Part shown: in pieces, positions 60,342 through 64,000 of the stretch
Layout: each line of letters begins with the position of its first letter
Numbering within the stretch: position 1 is the first letter of the stretch
From: Botryllus schlosseri
Lineage: Eukaryota
NCBI GenBank assembly: GCA_051294905.1
Contig: CM119378.1
Coordinates: 4,280,001 to 4,344,000, forward strand
DNA length: 64,000 bases
Reading direction: 5' to 3'
Made by a program: the position numbers and the translations under genes
Notes under the pieces: model-generated
The model's input: the letters and a program-made list of their open reading frames with translations, nothing else
The model's database searches: none
Told to the model about the DNA's origin: nothing

Positions 60342-61639
60342 CAGCACCGTAACTGCCGCACCCCGAACCCCCAATTGGGGGGGGGCGAGCTCGGAGGGGG
60401 CCCAAAATTATTTCGTGAATTAGCATAAATCATAGAGTATTTTTTGAAAATTTATGCAATTTTTTCGAAAATTTTTCGCGCTGTGCGCGAATTCAAATAG
60501 CCATTTATCTATATTATTGGGTAATGGGCCATTACCGCGCCACGACCCACAAGACATACAATCAAGTTTTAGGCCATATAACATGCAACTCCAAGAAGTG
60601 TGTCAGAACGATCGGCAGCGAGAAAAGCTTGGCCGAAAAGGTATATGCCCTTATGCAGACCGAAGACTTCGTTATATAGGCTATACCAAATACATATAGG
60701 TTTAATTGTCTAGGCACCTAAATGACTGGCGCCGAATGTTCCTGTCTTTGAAATCTGAACCTCACAAGACAAATACCATCCCGCTGGGAAAAATTTTATG
60801 CCAGTGAAGAAATACCAATTTGAAATCGTGTGAGTCTCTTAGTTTAGAAGCCTACGTTTCGGCGATTCTATTTTTTTGATATAGCAGATTGGAAGTCACG
60901 AAATAACATCATGTAACGAAGTCATACCAACGGGTCCGCCCGCCCGAAGATGTTTAATTATTATTTACGGGCCCTCCCGTTTTCAAGACACTTCACTCAG
61001 CTCTACCGGTAAATCTAATTACTTGAGTAGAGAGGACAATAAATTGATAGCATAATATATATGCAATCGCCGATCTGATTGACCGATTTTATCGTAAATT
61101 ATCGAAAATTTTCGCGCTTCGCGTTGGCTCACAATACAATACAGATAGGCTAATATCGTGACAAACGCGAACAACGTGATGGGGGGATCGTTTTATCACC
61201 CCATGGGAGCCCAAGACCCACGTTTTTGGGGGCCTGACGAGGTGCTGTTTCGTTCCTGCCAACGGGTATACTATACGCCCGAAGATATTTAATTATTATT
61301 GAGTGGTCGACTGGTCGTACCTTTTCAAACACATCTCACTCAGCTCTACCGCCAAATCTGATTACGTGAGCAGATAGAACATAAAAATTGATAACAGTAT
61401 ATGCAATTCCTGATCATACTGACCGATGAAATCATGAATTCTGGAGATTTTTCGCGCTTCGCGCGCTTAGGCGACAAAAGGTGATTCACTAAACAAACTC
61501 CCAATGAAAATGATGAATAGCGGTAAACAGTGTATCGTCGGAGGGGGGTCTATATAAGGGAGGTTTGGTCTATAACCCTATGGGGGGCCCAAGACCAAAG
61601 TTTTTTTGGGGGGCCTGACGAAGTGCTGTTACGGCCCTG
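60342..61639. mobile_element. hAT non-autonomous element (CAGGGCCGTAAC-type ends) with an internal tandem duplication of about 300 bp
   Basis: Ends CAGCACCGTAAC/GTTACGGCCCTG, exact TSD ATTGCATG. Homologous in reverse to 1-420 and 8272-9142. Confidence 0.88.
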
Positions 61640-64000
61640 ATTGCATGAATTTATCGCTCACGTGACACTGCGATTGTATTTAGCCTGGGGCGTGCGATAG
61701 GCCCCGATTAGTCCAAACAAAATCACAAAATGATCGGTTTACGATTACTATCATTCACAATTGAATTTCTTTCGCTTCTTTCCTTGAAATCTCCAAGTGT
61801 TCCAAGATGACGCAACGATTGAGAAGAGGCTAAATCATGATGTTTTTTGGAAATTCTGACGTCATGTTTTTTTATTACTTTCGGTACCCAAAGGTCACTA
61901 TGTACTTGACTGGAATCTCATGTTAACACTTGACTCGGATTCGTGGGCCAAGCCAGCCCCATAACGGTCCCCTTTCTACCAATAAGTAGCAATAGGTTAT
62001 TTATATCAATACACGCTACATGCTGGAATTATAGTCATGAATATCCGATGAATGTAATTTACCGCATTAACACTCGTCAGTTTTGCATCTGCATCAAGAG
62101 ACGGGAAACTGTTACAATACGTCTGGTGAATGATGCTTGGTTGCCAGGTTGAACTGCGAGCATAGAGCTATTAGTAGCGATTCCATTCAACCAAAATTTA
62201 CAAGTATTCAGTAAATTCAGTGTTCCATAGAACATCCACAATTTCACAACATGGTAGCATTCAGCGGATTTACAATCATTATCACAACAGCATAACTCAC
62301 TGTATGGTAATCGTCTCTATAGCGACGTCATGTCATTCGTAAGAAGACTTGCGCAACTAGACAATTTTTATATTTGCTAAAGTAGATTAGAATTTGAATT
62401 ATAGCTATACATTTTTCCAAATTAGACTGGAAATAGAATTATAGCCGAACAGTTTTTTTCCTATTAGACAAGAACTATGGCTACACATTTTTTTCCAAAT
62501 TATATTAGGATAGAAATACTGCATTCGCAGAAACGTGGAAATTGCACCAGGTTCAATGCATATCAAGTTGGATTTCATTCTCGTGAGCATGAGAATGGCA
62601 AATGTCTGTACAGCAAGCTTGGTTCGTTTCGCACTATACTGATCTCATGTAGCCTTTGCAGGAAAACCAGAATTAGATTTGAATTAAAATTAGAGTATAG
62701 AAACGTTTCACGAATTAGATTAGAATTATATTACCGGCATTTCGCTCTAATTGTATCATTAGCTGTACTGGATATTTTACGGTGCGGGGCTCTTTACAGT
62801 TTCGTATTGTCATGGGGAGAGATGTCCCAATAGATCCAGAGGTCGAAAAGACCGGTCGTCACGTTACTTTGCCGCCTGACTCGTGACCGCTCTATTTTCA
62901 TGACACTTGAGTGACGAGCACTGGTTAAATTCGTTCGAGAGATCTACGGAACAACCTTTTATCTCGTTGCAAACCGACCGTGAAATGCCGGCAATCATAC
63001 GAATCGAGGGCAACATACGCTGACGCAAATTCTATTCTCTCGCGTCAGAACTCGACGATGCTTTTGAAAAGGGTACAACGGCCTCGCGGACAATCGCATC
63101 AGTGATTCTGAAGCGATTACTGTAGTGGAAATGTTCGCGTACGCATATCGCATACGTAGATAGTAGAAGCTTCTTGATTCGTAATTGTGTTGCTCTCGAC
63201 TTGGTATATTACTGTTTCGGTGATGAGAACCGAACCGGTGCATTCCAAATGCGAGTCTGAGCCACCGTTCCCGCAAGAAACGACTAATAAAGACAGTCCC
63301 ATTGAAACCGTTTAGTGATACTTGCAAAACCCGGGATTTGTGTGGTGAAGTTTCTTCGAACTATACCTAGAAAGTACTCGTTAACGACTCCATAGGCTAC
63401 GCTGGAGCGGTAGAAATCAACAAACAGTTCAAACAATTGAGCAATGAGCATGCGGCGTGCCTACCGAAAAAAAATCACCTAGTCCAGCCAAGTCAAACAG
63501 ACGATTTCAATCGGCCGGCGATGCAATGCTGAGTAATTGGAAAGTTCTTGTATTAGCCAGCACATTTCTATCAAGAGTTAAGCCTTTTTATGATCTATGA
63601 TCCCAAGAAAAATTATCATCACCCAACACGAATAGAACAAAGGAGGTATAATGGAATTTCCCACGTTTTCAGTCTTATACCTCGAGTTTCTAGAACAGAG
63701 CATCAATATTCCGTGTGATATATGATATATGTACTTGATAATTATGCATCCCACTGAAAAAGACTAGGGTAGTGATTGGGCTGTAAGATTTTAGCATCAT
63801 TTGACTGGTCCGCATTAAAAGGTCAAAATTTGTTCGTCAATCGTCATGCTTGAGAAACAATATAGAAAAACATCTTTTTCATGAAGATTTTTCGACGCAG
63901 CCACACAAGAGCCACGCCTCTTGAAGTGTGGATTTTGTTCACGTTCACCTCGTGTCCAAGAGAGATGCGAATTATGGGACGTTTTCGCGTCAAGCACGAA

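Overview
AT-rich eukaryotic (animal) genomic DNA; invertebrate deuterostome or tunicate-like is my impression, but the sequence does not prove it. There are three protein genes: a single-exon Na+/Ca2+ exchanger (SLC8/NCX, 12877-15354 +), a single-exon WDR93-like gene (ATG 23487-25556 +) and a three-exon Fos-family bZIP gene (50013-47839 -, 508 aa reconstructed). There are three tRNA genes: Lys-TTT, plus a Ser-GCT/Ala-CGC pair separated by only 2 nt. The intergenic space is full of non-autonomous hAT-type DNA transposons with 8-bp target-site duplications (TSDs), often nested. It also holds six same-strand 3' fragments of an L2/CR1-group LINE and two tRNA-derived SINEs with a shared core but different tails. 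A short repeat family carries a minimal Penelope-type hammerhead ribozyme, including an inverted back-to-back pair at 31.5-31.7 kb. The most notable items are this ribozyme repeat, the probable dicistronic tRNA and paralog-confirmed TA-GGC-TA and 7-8-bp excision-like footprints. Most short ORFs in the track are spurious.
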